From contig JAUCBJ010006628.1 of assembly GCA_032718475.1 (NCBI GenBank), positions 1 to 64,000 on the forward strand: 64,000 bases of DNA, written 5' to 3'. Of the stretch, positions 50,560 through 63,191 are shown in pieces. The first letter of the stretch is position 1. Every line of letters begins with the position of its first letter. The notes below the pieces were generated by a model, which was not told where the DNA came from, ran no database searches, and was given only the letters and a program-made list of their open reading frames with translations. The translations under genes and the position numbers were made by a program. This DNA is from Nemertoderma westbladi. Lineage: Eukaryota > Animalia > Xenacoelomorpha.

Positions 50560-53500
50560 ACCACGACTCCATGGCGGTTCCACTGTTTTCTGGTGGGATG
50601 GTGGATTGGAACTGGTGTTCCTATTCTTATAGGTCCAAGGGCCTGTGTGCCTCGATTGTATTGCATGGTCTGGTGTTCACGGATTGTAGGTGCAACTACA
50701 TCGAAGGCTGTCCAGATCTCATGTTGAGATTGGTGGAAGGTACCTGCAATCGTAGAGGGTGAACAAATTCATACTATTTGGGCGCATAAAATGACAGATT
50801 CGCGTGGGTTATTCAGTAGCTCAAGGAGGCCCTAAAGAAATGCTTCTAAGTCACTTTGCCCATCCGTTGTGGCAAGCAGTAACTTCAGGGCCTTCACAGC
50901 CGACTCTGCTTGGCTGTTTGATTGTGTTTATTATTGAATGATGTCACTGGGCATATCCACCACTCTCATAAGAATTTGGTTGGTGAACTCTGTTCCTTTG
51001 TCGGATCTACATCGATTGGGGATGCTGAAACGCATGTACCAGTGGTGAAGGGAGTGGATTGTTGTAGTGACCGTGGGAGCAGCATGGAAACTGAATAGTG
51101 CTGGCCACCATATGTAGCGGTCCACCACTGCTAGGAAATGTTGCCCATTGTGGGTGAAAATGTCACATAGCACGTCTTGAAATGGGCGAGTTGATTGCAG
51201 CCCATCCAAGAATGGTTTATTGGTGAGGCTGGGGTGGGGGAAGAGAGTCTCATGCACATACAGTGGTGCGAATGTCAGTTATGAGGCCTGGCCAATGGAC
51301 GCACTGACGTGCATGTTATATAGTCCTTCAACACCCAATGAGAGAGGAGTGGTAGTTGGGTGAGTGTCATCCAGCAAGCAGCTGTCGGGACAACTATGCG
51401 AGATACATAGAGGATGAGGATACCTTCTGTTAGTGAAGTAATCCCAAACCAATAAACGGCACAATAAGCAACATAATTAAGAGGGTAGTAACCGAGGATG
51501 ACATATTGGCTACAGAGTGAGTGATGGTATGATGTGAGTACAAAGACATTGAAGAGGTGTGATTGCATATTGGAGCCTAGAAATCGGGTGTTTAATATGT
51601 ATTGGCAGACAGAACAATGATGCAATAACTACTGTAGGGATGTGATACAGTAAGGGCAATGCATTTGGTTATTTGTTATGGTAGAAGGGGACTATTAGTA
51701 CGCAGTTGGAAATACCAGGTCACTCACGGCTAAGAAAGAAGTAGCTAGTAATTTGTATACAACAGGTGAAGGTGTAACCTATATTAGAGATTAGTCAGAT
51801 GTTGATGCCAATTATTGGAGGTATATTACATTATGTTTTTGGTAAAGCAGTTTATTCCATGGGTGTATTTCTATAGTAAATGTCTTTTACTTGATTATGT
51901 TTACTAAAGTATTTATATGTGTTATCGGTTATTACACTACTTTGCACCATATGTGCAATAGCTCTTATTGGTGAGATATTATTACTAGTAAATGCCATTA
52001 AACATCAGTCAACAAGAACCTTCTTATTTATTGCACTTGTCTATCGCATATCCTCGATTGGCCACTTGTGGACTGATGGCGAAATCGGAAGTCATGTGGG
52101 AAGGGAGGTAGGCATTTCTACTAGAGAGCACTTGTGGTCTTTCGATTATCTCACACGCACCCGACGAAAGATATACCTCTGGTGACCTTTTCCAGAGGAG
52201 TTCCCTTACACCTTCGTTTGATAAATGGTCCTCCTTTTACCAGTAGAAGCGGCGACATCTGGGACTGCCTTATGAAGATGTATTGTGAGTCTTCTGGCCT
52301 AATACCCACATGATCTGCAGGGAGAGTGTCTGCAATGGATGTTACGTTATTGCCTATAATTGTAGTAGCCGTCTGCTGTAAAATGGTTTGGAGGAGTCCG
52401 CTGAGTTCACCATCATCAGTGATGTCAACAGGCATAGGGTTGGAAATGGGGGTGAATGATAGCTCATCAGGAATAGAATGATCCTTCCATTTAGCCATGT
52501 TGTCTGGAATTGGTATCCTGCAATCTTGGCATTTACTCTCTGCGCAGACAGGTAATCCAAGGAAGTAGAAGTGGCACTTTATAATCACCCAGACCACCGT
52601 GAGGAGCTCCAGTACTATTTTTGTATAATGCAATTCAGTGTCACTAGTAAATTGAGAGCTACACTCAATGAGTTTGCAGTTCTCTCCATGTTGTTGGAGG
52701 AGTGCATAACCGAACCCAGACCCTTGAGTCGCAAAGTGTTGGTCTCGAGTCGGGAATGTGGAGGGGGGGTTGAATGCATGAGGTTCTAACAACAATCCTG
52801 GAATGCTCGTTCGTGATCTGCATTACATTCAAACATGTATTGCAGTGTATGTAAGGGTGATGGAGTGGAGTTTATTTGTATTGAGAATGGGGACAGCTGC
52901 TCCATTAAAACCATGAAACTTTCTAAAGCCATGTCATCTGTTGGATGAGGGAATGAGGATATCGCTTTCAGTTTATCAGGATCGGGTGCAACCCCAGTGC
53001 CCCCAACAGTGTATCCACCAAACTTTACTGAGTCTTTGGTATATAGAATCTTTCCTGGGTGCAGCGAAATATGGATTTTGCGACAATGAGTGAGGAACTC
53101 ACGGACATGGGCTGCATGTTTCTTTGGTGTTTCATTGAAAACCATATCCTCGGTGATTATACTGTGTCTAGATCCACCCCATGGGGTCAAGAAAGTGGTA
53201 ATGCCCTGGGACTCATCATCCACTGGGATCTGCCAGCAGCCGCAATAGGCATTAAAAAAGATACATGCTTTAGGGTTGATCTCAGCAATAGCCTTCCATG
53301 GAATAGTGTAGGATAGTATGGACAACATATTTGGTTGTTGAGGTTACGCATATCTACACGGAGGTGGAGCTCCCCCTTAGGTTTGGGCGCGAACATGGTC
53401 ATGGGGTATACCCATCAGCCTCTGCACATTCAGTTGGTTCTTCTGTACGAGCAATGACACCGCAGGATCGAGGACATCCAGGTATTCCAATGCCTCCTTT

Positions 53501-54270
53501 CGGAGCCAAAAGGAATTGGGCAGGCACCATTGGCATGGTATAGCTTTGCATTGGGTTTTATTTAGTTCAATATGCATGCATTGGTTGCCCATGCTTGGGT
53601 CGGAGTGGCACCGATTTGCTGTCAAAAACATCCTCAAACTCCAGCAAAATTTGCTCTTTAGTTACAAATTCCAAGGGTGGTGGGGAAGAGGAGTTTATTC
53701 CTGGGTGATGAGGAAGTTGTGCTTGGAAGTCTACGAGGGGGGATCCGTATATCCACACAAACCTCTCAGGATAGGATGAGACCATCAACTTCAGGAGAGG
53801 GACATCAGTGTTCGATGTGGTATTACCAGGATTGTAAATGCATCAGGTTAATCAGCCAGCCATCCCTTGGGGTAACCTGTCTGCAGCCACAAGGTTTGAA
53901 GCACCTCGTTTTACCAGAATTGCCAAAGAACACCCTTTGCTAAACTGTTTTTTTCTTGAGTTATGTGGGCACCTCCCGCAGTTGCCACAGTTATGCATTG
54001 ATCTCCCATTATTGGATGTGTCAAGTTTGATGATGTTGAGGGTCCGTTTTTCGCATTCGTACAAGGAGAGTTTATTTATGGTAGAGCACTTCCAAAGATG
54101 GTGTCACTTTGTCCGCTGACTTCCATCTTTGATAGGCCTGTATGCACTTGTCAAGTGTAAGTTGTTTGAGAATATTTAAATTTCTTAGTGGGTGTTGGAA
54201 TCACGGATTCCAGCAAGGATTTGCATTGCGATCTGTTGATCACAACGGTGGTGACACAGTTTGGCCCTCG
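50560..54270 (-). mobile_element. Heavily decayed Ty3/Gypsy LTR retrotransposon (gag-RT-RNase H-integrase) in an intron of copy 2
   Basis: KPKGELHLRVDMRNLN, GCWQIPVDDESQGITTFLTPWG, PDPDKLKAI, GFGYALLQ, YTKIVLELL, PFQDVLCDIF and SDKGTEFT; many frameshifts; interrupted by unrelated sequence at about 51500-52330. Confidence 0.85.
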
Positions 54271-54344
54271 GGGAGAAATATATTGGTCTTTGATAATATA
54301 TAGGAGATAGAAAAGTGCAAGTTTTAAACAAACTTTAAATTATT

Positions 54345-55620
54345 TCAGGTAACTATGAACACCCTGAATTCGACATGCCGAATAGCACTGTGGTGTTTAG
54401 ACCATTAGTAGCACAAGCGGGGGGCCGATCCCCCCCCCCCTCCCCCACTGCATTTTATTAGTAATCATCCAACAAAATCCTACGATATTTGGACTGTAGT
54501 TGGAAGAATTATCCGTGAACATTTCCTAACCTTAAAAAAAATTCCATAAAAAATAAGCGGTATGCTATTTTTCGTGCATCTAAGGAGTGGGCCTGGCACT
54601 TCAAAAAGAATCTATTGAAAATCATGAGATACGGAAAAGACTGCTATTTTGATTTCAACGCCTTTTTATAGGTTTCCTGAGTCGCTGATTGGAATAACAT
54701 CACTCTAAAGACATGTCTACGTAGTGGCAGCTAATTTTTGGTGCAGCAAAATTAGGGTGTGGCACCTCAAATTTTGAAATATTCAAGATTCTTAAAATAC
54801 ACCCAAGTTTCGATTTCAACGCATTATTATAGGAGTTATGTGTCGCTGAATCGAATGAGATTACTCTACAAACCAGAATACGTAGTGGTACCTCATTTTT
54901 GGCACACTAAAATTAGGGAGTGGCACATCAAATTTCGAAAATATGCCTATATTTCAAGTTTTTATTTCAAAATTACAAACTAGGTCTTCATGTTTCTTCT
55001 ATATTACATTCAATCGATTCAGCTTAACGGAAAACATGAAAATACATTGAAAGATAAAAAAATAATTTAAAAAACAAACCCAAAATACAAATAAAATCTT
55101 TGGGTGTTTTTTCCAAATCTCATAAATTTGTAAAAATTTCAAGTATGCCACGCCAAAATTTTGGTGCACAAAAAATGCGGTACCATTACTAGGTGTTAAG
55201 GTTTTTAGAGTAAACTCATTTGAATTAGCGACCCAGAAAACCTATAAAAATGCTTTTAAAGCAAAACTTAGGCATAATATTTTCAGAATCTTGAATATTT
55301 CAAATTTTAGTGCACCGCAAATGACGTAGTGGCACGTGATTTTGGTGTACTCGAAAATTTCGAAAAAATTTATGCTGGGAACCAAATTTTGAGATGACGG
55401 CCATATCAAAAAGGTGAAAGCCAACTGCAACGCCGTTTTCTGCAAAAGATGCGCCATTAAATTTGGCTAATTCTCAAAAAACATTTAGACAGATACATAA
55501 TGTTGCTGTAATGTTTTACAGAAATTTTAAACTAGGGGGGGGGGGGGGGGGGGGAATTCCCCACCTATGCCCCAGTGACAATAGGGATAATAACAATTCT
55601 GGTTTCCATGGTTTCCTTAT
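54345..55620. mobile_element. Non-autonomous DNA element with internal direct and inverted units of about 160 bp
   Basis: 54640-54800 resembles 54810-54950, with an inverted copy at about 55130-55310; poly-C (54430) and poly-G (55535) tracts in weakly inverted ends. Confidence 0.45.
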
Positions 55621-55703
55621 AATAACCAGCTAGTAGACAGAATACAAAAAATTATAATAAATCCTAACGATTGTTAATTAATTAGTTATTATTACATTTG
55701 CAG

Positions 55704-55817
55704 TTTTCATTGGTACTCGAAAATACAATGGATATTATGGAAAGAATTATCGATGGTAATCTTCAAAGACACAGAGAAAAGTATGGGGAAATCAATGAAT
55801 GTTTAGCGATCAATCAG
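55704..55817 (+). CDS. Exon A' of gene copy 2 (FSLVLENTMDIMERIIDGNLQRHREKYGEINECLAINQ)
   Basis: ttgcag| acceptor and cag|gtatac donor; 114 bp, phase 0/0; differs from exon A by one whole-codon indel. Confidence 0.85.
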
Positions 55818-56229
55818 GTATACTGGACCCATATATATCTTATATGCTCGGGTATCCATTAGATATGCTCGGGTATCCATTAGATATGCTCTTCCAACTA
55901 CCATACAGTAAAATATCAAATTTAAATAGCGGAATTTACCAATATTTCAATAGTAATTTATTTTGCTAGATTCGAGAGTTGATTTTTTATGTGGTTGAAT
56001 TTTTATGTGGTTTTAGGTAATTTCACACATTTCTAACATAGGGAAAAGTTACATTAAAAATTTTTTTTTTCGATCTACCCTTTTTTAAGTAATGGGGATA
56101 GTTTCAGCTGCTGCATTTACGAATCCAGCTATCACTTCCCTTGTTGTGGCACGTTTTTAAATAAAAAAGAAGTAAATAGTCAAGGTAAATAGTCAAATAG
56201 TCAAGACATCTATTGTATTTACTGTGTTA

Positions 56230-57275
56230 ATGATATATTTCCCTTCTGAAAATATCAAGAAAATATTTGTATTTGAAAATATGTGTTGAAAATATCAAGA
56301 GTAAAAATATTGAGTATTGAAAAATACCGAATGTTGAAAAATATCGAGTGTTGAAAAATATCGAGAGTGAAAAGATCGAGTGTTGAAAAATATCGGGAGT
56401 AAAAAAGTGTTAAAAAATAACGAGAGTAAAAATATTGAGTGTTGAAAAATATCGAGAGTAAAAATATCGATAGTAAAAAAATTTTTAAATAAGGGTTGTA
56501 TGATAATTTTTTTTTCCTAAAAATCTTCTAGAACAAAAGATATTTATAAATATTGGTAGCTTACACGTGTTCTATATAACATTTATAAAAAGAAGTAGAA
56601 AATACTAGCTATTTTAAAAATTTTTAAATGTGATCTAGAACTAAAAAATGTGTTCTAGAACAAATTAAAAATTATGATTTCATTTTAATTTTTTATAATT
56701 TTGATATATTTATCAAAATTCATAGCTAGCACTTCTTCTATAATATTTATTAAAAAAATAGCAAAAACTAGCTAGTATAATAAATCTGGTAAATGGGTAC
56801 CCAAGGTGTATTACATAATGCCATTCACTTGCACTTTTGTAACCCATGCACTGAAATATTGTCCCATAATTATAAATAAAATGCTCAAGTAAAATGCAAT
56901 ATTTTTACTCTCGATATTCTCACCTTCGATATTTTTACTCTCGATATTTTTCAACACTCGATATTTTTCAACACTCGATATTTTTCAACACCCGTTATTT
57001 TTACTCTCGATATTTTTCAACACTCGATATTTTTCAACACTCTATCGATATTTTTACTCTCGATATTTTTCAACACCCGTTATTTTTACTCTCGATATTT
57101 TTCAACACTCGATATTTTTCAACACTCTATCGATATTTTTACTCTCGATATTTTTCAACACTCGATATTTTTACTCGATCGATATTTTTACTCTCGATAT
57201 TTTTCAACACTCGATATTTTTACTCGATCGATATTTTTACTCTCGATATTTTTCAACACTCGATATTTTTACTCT
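56230..57275. mobile_element. Foldback-like element whose inverted arms are 15-17-bp tandem repeats
   Basis: Left arm (AAAAATATCGAGTGTTG / AAAAATATCGAGAGT)n at about 56270-56480; the right arm, about 56897-57275, is its reverse complement. Confidence 0.75.
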
Positions 57276-57771
57276 ATTATAAGAGTGTCAGGTTTCTCTT
57301 TGTTTTTACTGGATTCTACTAGTTCTGCTGGTGTGTTCATTCTAGATATATTTGATAAGTGTCAATACATTATATATAGGACATAAAAGGTCGGTTCCTT
57401 ATCGGGCCTTCTAGCCCGTCACTAGTAAATATAAATCATAATATAGTTAAAATATAAAATCACAAAATCAGTTATTAACTACATTTATGATTTAATACTA
57501 ACTAATTAATAACTCATTTATAACTAACTAATCACTCATACTGTCTGACCCCCTGGGCATCCTCTTTGGATTGAACAGATGGTAATGATAACATCAATGG
57601 TTTTTAAATGTATTTTATTCGATTTCTCTACCACACTGACTCAATTTATTTTAACCTTCTTTTAAATGTATATATATATTTTTTAAGTTGAGCATTGTGC
57701 CACCAGTACAGTATTAAATTAAATAATAATTTATGATTTGATGATAACTATAATATTCATTTGTGTTTCAG

Positions 57772-57847
57772 AACATAAACGGTATCCCAACTTTAGAAGT
57801 TCTAGAATCGATGATTCAATTTACTCCTAGTAAATCCCGAACACATC
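57772..57847 (+). CDS. Exon B' of gene copy 2 (NINGIPTLEVLESMIQFTPSKSRTH+c)
   Basis: tttcag| acceptor and c|gtaagt donor; 76 bp, phase 0/1; paralogue of 4668-4743. Confidence 0.85.
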
Positions 57848-58424
57848 GTAAGTATAGCTATAGAAATCTATTAACGACGTTATGATCATTATCACTAACT
57901 CATTAAATTAGTGAGTTATACTCACAGCTACCGTAAGTTAGTGATAGAAAGTGCACAACTTTGCTGAGTAGGGCATTTCATAATCCAAACCACAATAAAA
58001 GGGTTATCTTTTGGTGTTTCTCAGTTCGCAATTTAGACATTATACTGTGTGTTACATATTTCATTATTAAATTGTAACAATAATATATAATATTGACAAT
58101 TAAAACTTTCTTCAATTGTGCTACAGGCCTTAACCAACCAAGGCATTGGTGAACCTGAGGCAAGTCACTAGACTAGCCTCAGTTAATACCCTGACACTGA
58201 AGTTCCCAATGTGACAAGGCGAGCTGAACGCCCTGGCAGATATGCTTGGCGTTAGCACAGTGGGTGTTCACATACCGGCAAACCACTCGAAACGCTAACG
58301 TGCTCTTTTTCGTCCAAAGTGCTAACTGTTCCAGACGCATGCAAATCAACTATACACCTAACTAACAAATTCTCTGGAAGGTCGCTAGAGTACAAGGGTG
58401 GTAAAGACTACACATATACCATAA

Positions 58425-58728
58425 CCCTAACTGCATTGTCTATTAATGTTGCGCTAACTGCAAACCTGAACAGTATTACTATACACCTAACTGCAAGGTC
58501 TAATTAATGTTGTGCTAACTGCAAACCTGAACAGTATTACTATACACCTAACTGCATGGTCTAATTAATGTTGTGCTAATTGCAAACCCGAACAGTATTA
58601 TTATACACCTAACTGCAAGGTCTAATTAATGTTGTGCTAACTGCAAACCCGAACAGTATTATTATACACCTAACTGCATGGTCAAATTAATGTTGTGCTA
58701 ATTGCAAACCCGAACAGTATTATTATTA
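58425..58728. repeat. 61-bp tandem repeat, about 5 copies
   Basis: Unit TAACTGCAAGGTCTAATTAATGTTGTGCTAACTGCAAACCTGAACAGTATTACTATACACC. Confidence 0.9.
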
Positions 58729-58840
58729 TGTTATATTATGTTGTAGGCCTACTAACTAAGTGTTTAAACAGGATCAAACATTTCAGCATTTCTGTAATTC
58801 GTCTCGTCATCCTTATTTTGGCATTCGGCCAATTCGGCAT

Positions 58841-59672
58841 TCGTGGGACCATGGAGCCCATAGGATACCCGAAGGATAATTGAAGAGTTATCAAAAAAGA
58901 AAGATAGGCATCTGGCTGTTATCTTTGTTGACTTCTTTAAGGCCTTTGATTCAGTCTCTATCTCACGTATGTTCAGCATACTTTCATTATATGGGATTCC
59001 TGATGAAATTATTGCAGCAATCAGATCAGTATGCGATGGTTCGACAACATTTGTCTCTACCGGTGACGGTGACTGATTCAGTCTCTATCTCACGTATGTT
59101 TAGCATACTTTCATTATATGGGATTCCTGATGAAATTATTGCAGCAATCAGATCAGTATGCGATGGTTCGACAACATTTGTCTCTACTGTTGACGGTGAC
59201 AGAGAACCATTTGAAGTGTAATGGGACGTCTTCCAGGGAGACACACTTGCACCATTCTTGTTCATAATTGTGGTTGACTATGTTCTACGCAGGTCCTTAG
59301 ATCATCATAATGATGATGGGGTGATGATAACTCCACCTACTGGCTCCAGAAGTCGAGGAAATCCTGCCAAGTACCTAACTGATCTAGACTTTGCTGATGA
59401 CTTAGGAGTACTCTCAGAATCACTAGAGGGAGCCCAACGGCTCCTCAGCTCATTAGAACATGCTGCTTCTAGTGTTGGTCTTTTTATTAACTCCAGAAAG
59501 ACCAAAATTTTGACAGTTAACTTTGAAAGTCCTCAGCAAGTCTCTGATCGGATGAGCATAAGCTCAAAAGATGGTATGCTTGAGCATGTGGATGACTTCT
59601 GTTACCTGGGATCATAGATCCGGAAGTCAGGTGAGGAGGACCTTCGAATACGTAAGGGAAAGCATTGGGCAG
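58841..59672 (+). mobile_element. Further RTE-family copy, decayed, with an internal duplication and cut by an LTR element
   Basis: Highly similar to 23681-24385; about 125 bp duplicated (58947-59073 and 59074-59200); in-frame stops; homology ends abruptly before TGTTACG. Confidence 0.88.
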
Positions 59673-59698
59673 TGTTACGGTATATGGCGCTGTATCCA

Positions 59699-59825
59699 CA
59701 GTATTAGTCCATTATGCAGTATGCAGTATTAGTCCATTATGCAGTATGCAGTATTAGTCCATTATGCAGTATGCAGTATTAGTCCATTATGCAGTATGCA
59801 GTATTAGTCCGTTATACTGTACGTA
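59699..59825. repeat. 25-bp tandem repeat, about 5 copies (CAGTATTAGTCCATTATGCAGTATG), in the putative LTR
   Basis: Directly visible. Confidence 0.9.
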
Positions 59826-62800
59826 ATATTAGTCCGTTGTGCAGTATAATTATTTAGATAAGGCGCAGTGTGGTGACATTTAGGTAAGGAAGTTAAAACG
59901 CCCATATATTTTGCATCCATTCATTTTGTATAGTATGTAGCCCTACCTACGTAATTTTGTATTAGGATATATGTAGATAGTTCCAGGGTAGCGAGTTTAC
60001 TCGGACCCTGGATTTTGTGCTTGCTGATATTAGTTTGATAGGGCTAGCATATAGGGACGCTGTCCTGGCCATTCAGCAGCCAGAGACGTGATCCATTACC
60101 ATATATGGTAATAATTTGAGGGCATAGGGCTACAATCCGGTCTCCTTATTGGATTAACTGCTTCCAGGTTGGTTTAATGCTAGCATGGACTGGAGAGCCA
60201 ATGGGAGAGCGATTGAGTCACCTTATTGCATCACCCCATCGGGATCACCTATAAATTGGCGGTGTGCCGGTAGGGCCTTTTGTTGTTCATATGTTCATGC
60301 CTTATCACATGACACACCCCTGTTACAATTTACTTGCTGAGCTGTCTCTAATTTTGTATTAGGATATCGTATTTTCTGCAATTTGCTAATTTTGATTAAT
60401 TTCTTGGAATGATTTGCTAGTACGATTACTTTGCTTGTGTTTCTCAATAATTCCTTCGATTACTGCAAATTACAATCGAACTATGATTTCTACCTTTGAT
60501 TGATGGTTCTATGTGATTCTTTTCTGCGCAATAATCCCAAGGGATTCCTGAGACTGTCAGACTTTGTGATTTGCATGCGCCGCTACGGTAGCTATTAGTA
60601 TCATGGAGGGCTAAGGTGCCAGTGGGTGGTGGGCGCATAGGGGGGTTGAGCGACTAGGAGAGAGCGGAGGATTCAAAGCGGGCAACGCTGGCCAGGGTCA
60701 CCGTTGCGGGCGGGTATCTTGCACTGCGGCACGCAGACCGATCGCCGGTACAGTATCTAGGGGGCTGATGATCCAGGTTTTGTCTCTATTTAGTATTAGG
60801 GGGGCAGGAATTGGGTTAGTTAGGAATCCTAGATGTACCCGGGAGAGGCCTGCGCGTATTGCAACGTTGAGTGTGGAGTACGAGTAGTGAATTGCACAAT
60901 TGTAAACTGTGATTTCTAACGCTGATTGGTGTGTTATTGAAGTGTGCCTAAGATTACGAATGCTTAGATAGGCGCTCTTTTTCCTTTGATTGATTTCTAT
61001 TTCTTAGTTACAATAATTAGTTATTGATTAGGTCAAAGTAATACGGCAATTTAGGCTATTACTAGCGAAACCTGTTGCGTGATAAATTAGAATTACGTAT
61101 TCTGGAACTCTTAGTAATTAGTACGCTGTTAAATATTTGTGACTGTAATTAATTAGTAAAAAATTAAGAATTAGTACGCAGCATAGCGGAGAGTAGCTAA
61201 GGTAATAATTAGTGTACTGTAAACTATTCACGCTGAGCGGTTATTTGCATTAGCGGGCAATCAGCTAGAACGCACTATTCGGTACACACGATACGCTAGT
61301 AATTTTGCTGGCCTAAAGCCAGTCGCGGGCAGTTTTAGACTCGGAGTGGTATTATCCACGTAGAAACAGATACTGTACCATTTTGATATTTTAAATATTC
61401 TCGCATTCACACATTACGTTAGGGAACCTCCAGTATTCGCGATTAGAAAGACGTAGGTAATAGCGTGCTTTAATAGTGATAGAATTAGGCGTAAGAATAC
61501 TCTGAGTGCAAGGCCTCTCGCACTCGTCTTAAGTAAGCTTAGGGAGCCGACTCGGGTTTATTGTTTTGGTTATTCCTGCGTGGCTCATAGATTCGAACAG
61601 TTAGCTCTCTATCGAGCAATCGGTAGAGAAAGGAACAAGCGATTTTGCAGGAGTTGTGTAAATTTAGTAAAATATATTAGCGGACGGCAGATTAGCGCCA
61701 TCTAACGGTAAGTAGCGGTTTGTATTTAGCAACCCTTACAATTTAGTAATATCACGCTCCTGAGCCCCTTTACTTAACAGTAGAGCAGTCTTTGTGTCTT
61801 ATTGGTTAGACGAGAACTTATTAGGTTGGCAGAAGGATATTAACGGGTATTGGTCTGTTCAACAGTTCTGCTGTTAGTATAGAGGTCGCGGTTGTTTATC
61901 AGTAATACGCGTACTTGTTTGCTGTAGGCTGTAGCGTACAGTAAATAGAGTATTCTTAGGCTGTTAGTTTAGATTACTGATACTTCGTATCAGTAATACG
62001 CGCATATTGCTTTGCTGTACTGCGTATAGTAAGGCAGATAGTGTATTCTTAGGCTGATAGTAGTATCATAGTATTAGGCAATAAGTTTAGAGCACGTGAT
62101 CGTCTGCTGTAGGCTATAGGCTAGCGTACGGTAGAACATTGAGTATATTCATTCTATTAGGTTGTTAGTTTAGATTAACTGTATTCACTGGCTGCGTACG
62201 ATAGTACAGTAGTACATTAGGCTGATTGTTGTTACTGCGTACGGTAGAAGGACATTTGTTTGCCGTACCACACACAGTATCATTAGGCTGTTAGGTTGGT
62301 GTACTGTTTTACTTACTGTGCTGCATACAGTGAATGTACGGTAGTGCGTTTTGCTAATTGCGAATACAGCAGTTCCTTAGGCCTTAGGGCAAACAGTAAT
62401 TAGTAAGTTTTTTGAAAATTTTAGCTAGGTTTGCGAGAATTCAGTTTTCGGTCAAAATTATTTTGTAAAATTCTAGAGTTTTGTACCGGTATGTTAGGTA
62501 ACCGCTTAGTTAATTTATACCATCTGGAGATACATGGCAAGACGGAACTTCTGAGTTTGGGGTTCGTGTGGGTCTGCGGGTTCGGTTTGCAATCAGCGAA
62601 GGGCCTGAATCTTTGGACGCGGACGTGGAATCTCACAGCAAACAAGGTTAGTTGTTCTGTTGGCACCAGTGTGTTTGTGGAAGCAGTAAAAAATTACCGG
62701 TTGTTTAACTGCGAAGCTGAACTCAATTTATTAGTTAGGATATTTAGGTTTAGCCGGCCATGGTTTTTTGAATCGCTCAAGTTAGAGAGAGAGTTAGAGA

Positions 62801-63191
62801 GAGTCGCAACCCGAAGATGTAGCCACGCGCTAGTGGATACATATAATATTTGAAATTAAAATTACGTTGATTGGAGCTATATATATAAAATTAGAAATAT
62901 TCGGGTGGCAAGTTTATTTTGAATATTTTGTATTAGATTCAAAGTTATTTTGTGCTATACCGGTATTTAATACTATATAGTAGCTATATAATAATATTTT
63001 TTGTTTAAATATTGTGTTAGTATTTGCTATAACTATATACCCCATTAAATTCACAATATTGCATTGCGAATTTATTTGACATTTGGACCAACTGATTATT
63101 TGACAAATAATTTGACCGTATTTCGGTTAAATTATAATTATATCTCGAACTTTTGCGAGATTTTTGCCGGAAGGCAAATATTATTTAGACT

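Noticed and set aside
50292-50762. 156-aa ORF that looks like a multi-pass membrane protein
   Set aside because: Only 50352-50453 is bounded by splice sites; the rest is AT-rich intron and the antisense strand of a Gypsy relic
56894-57322. 142-aa Phe/Tyr-rich ORF
   Set aside because: Translation of the foldback tandem repeats
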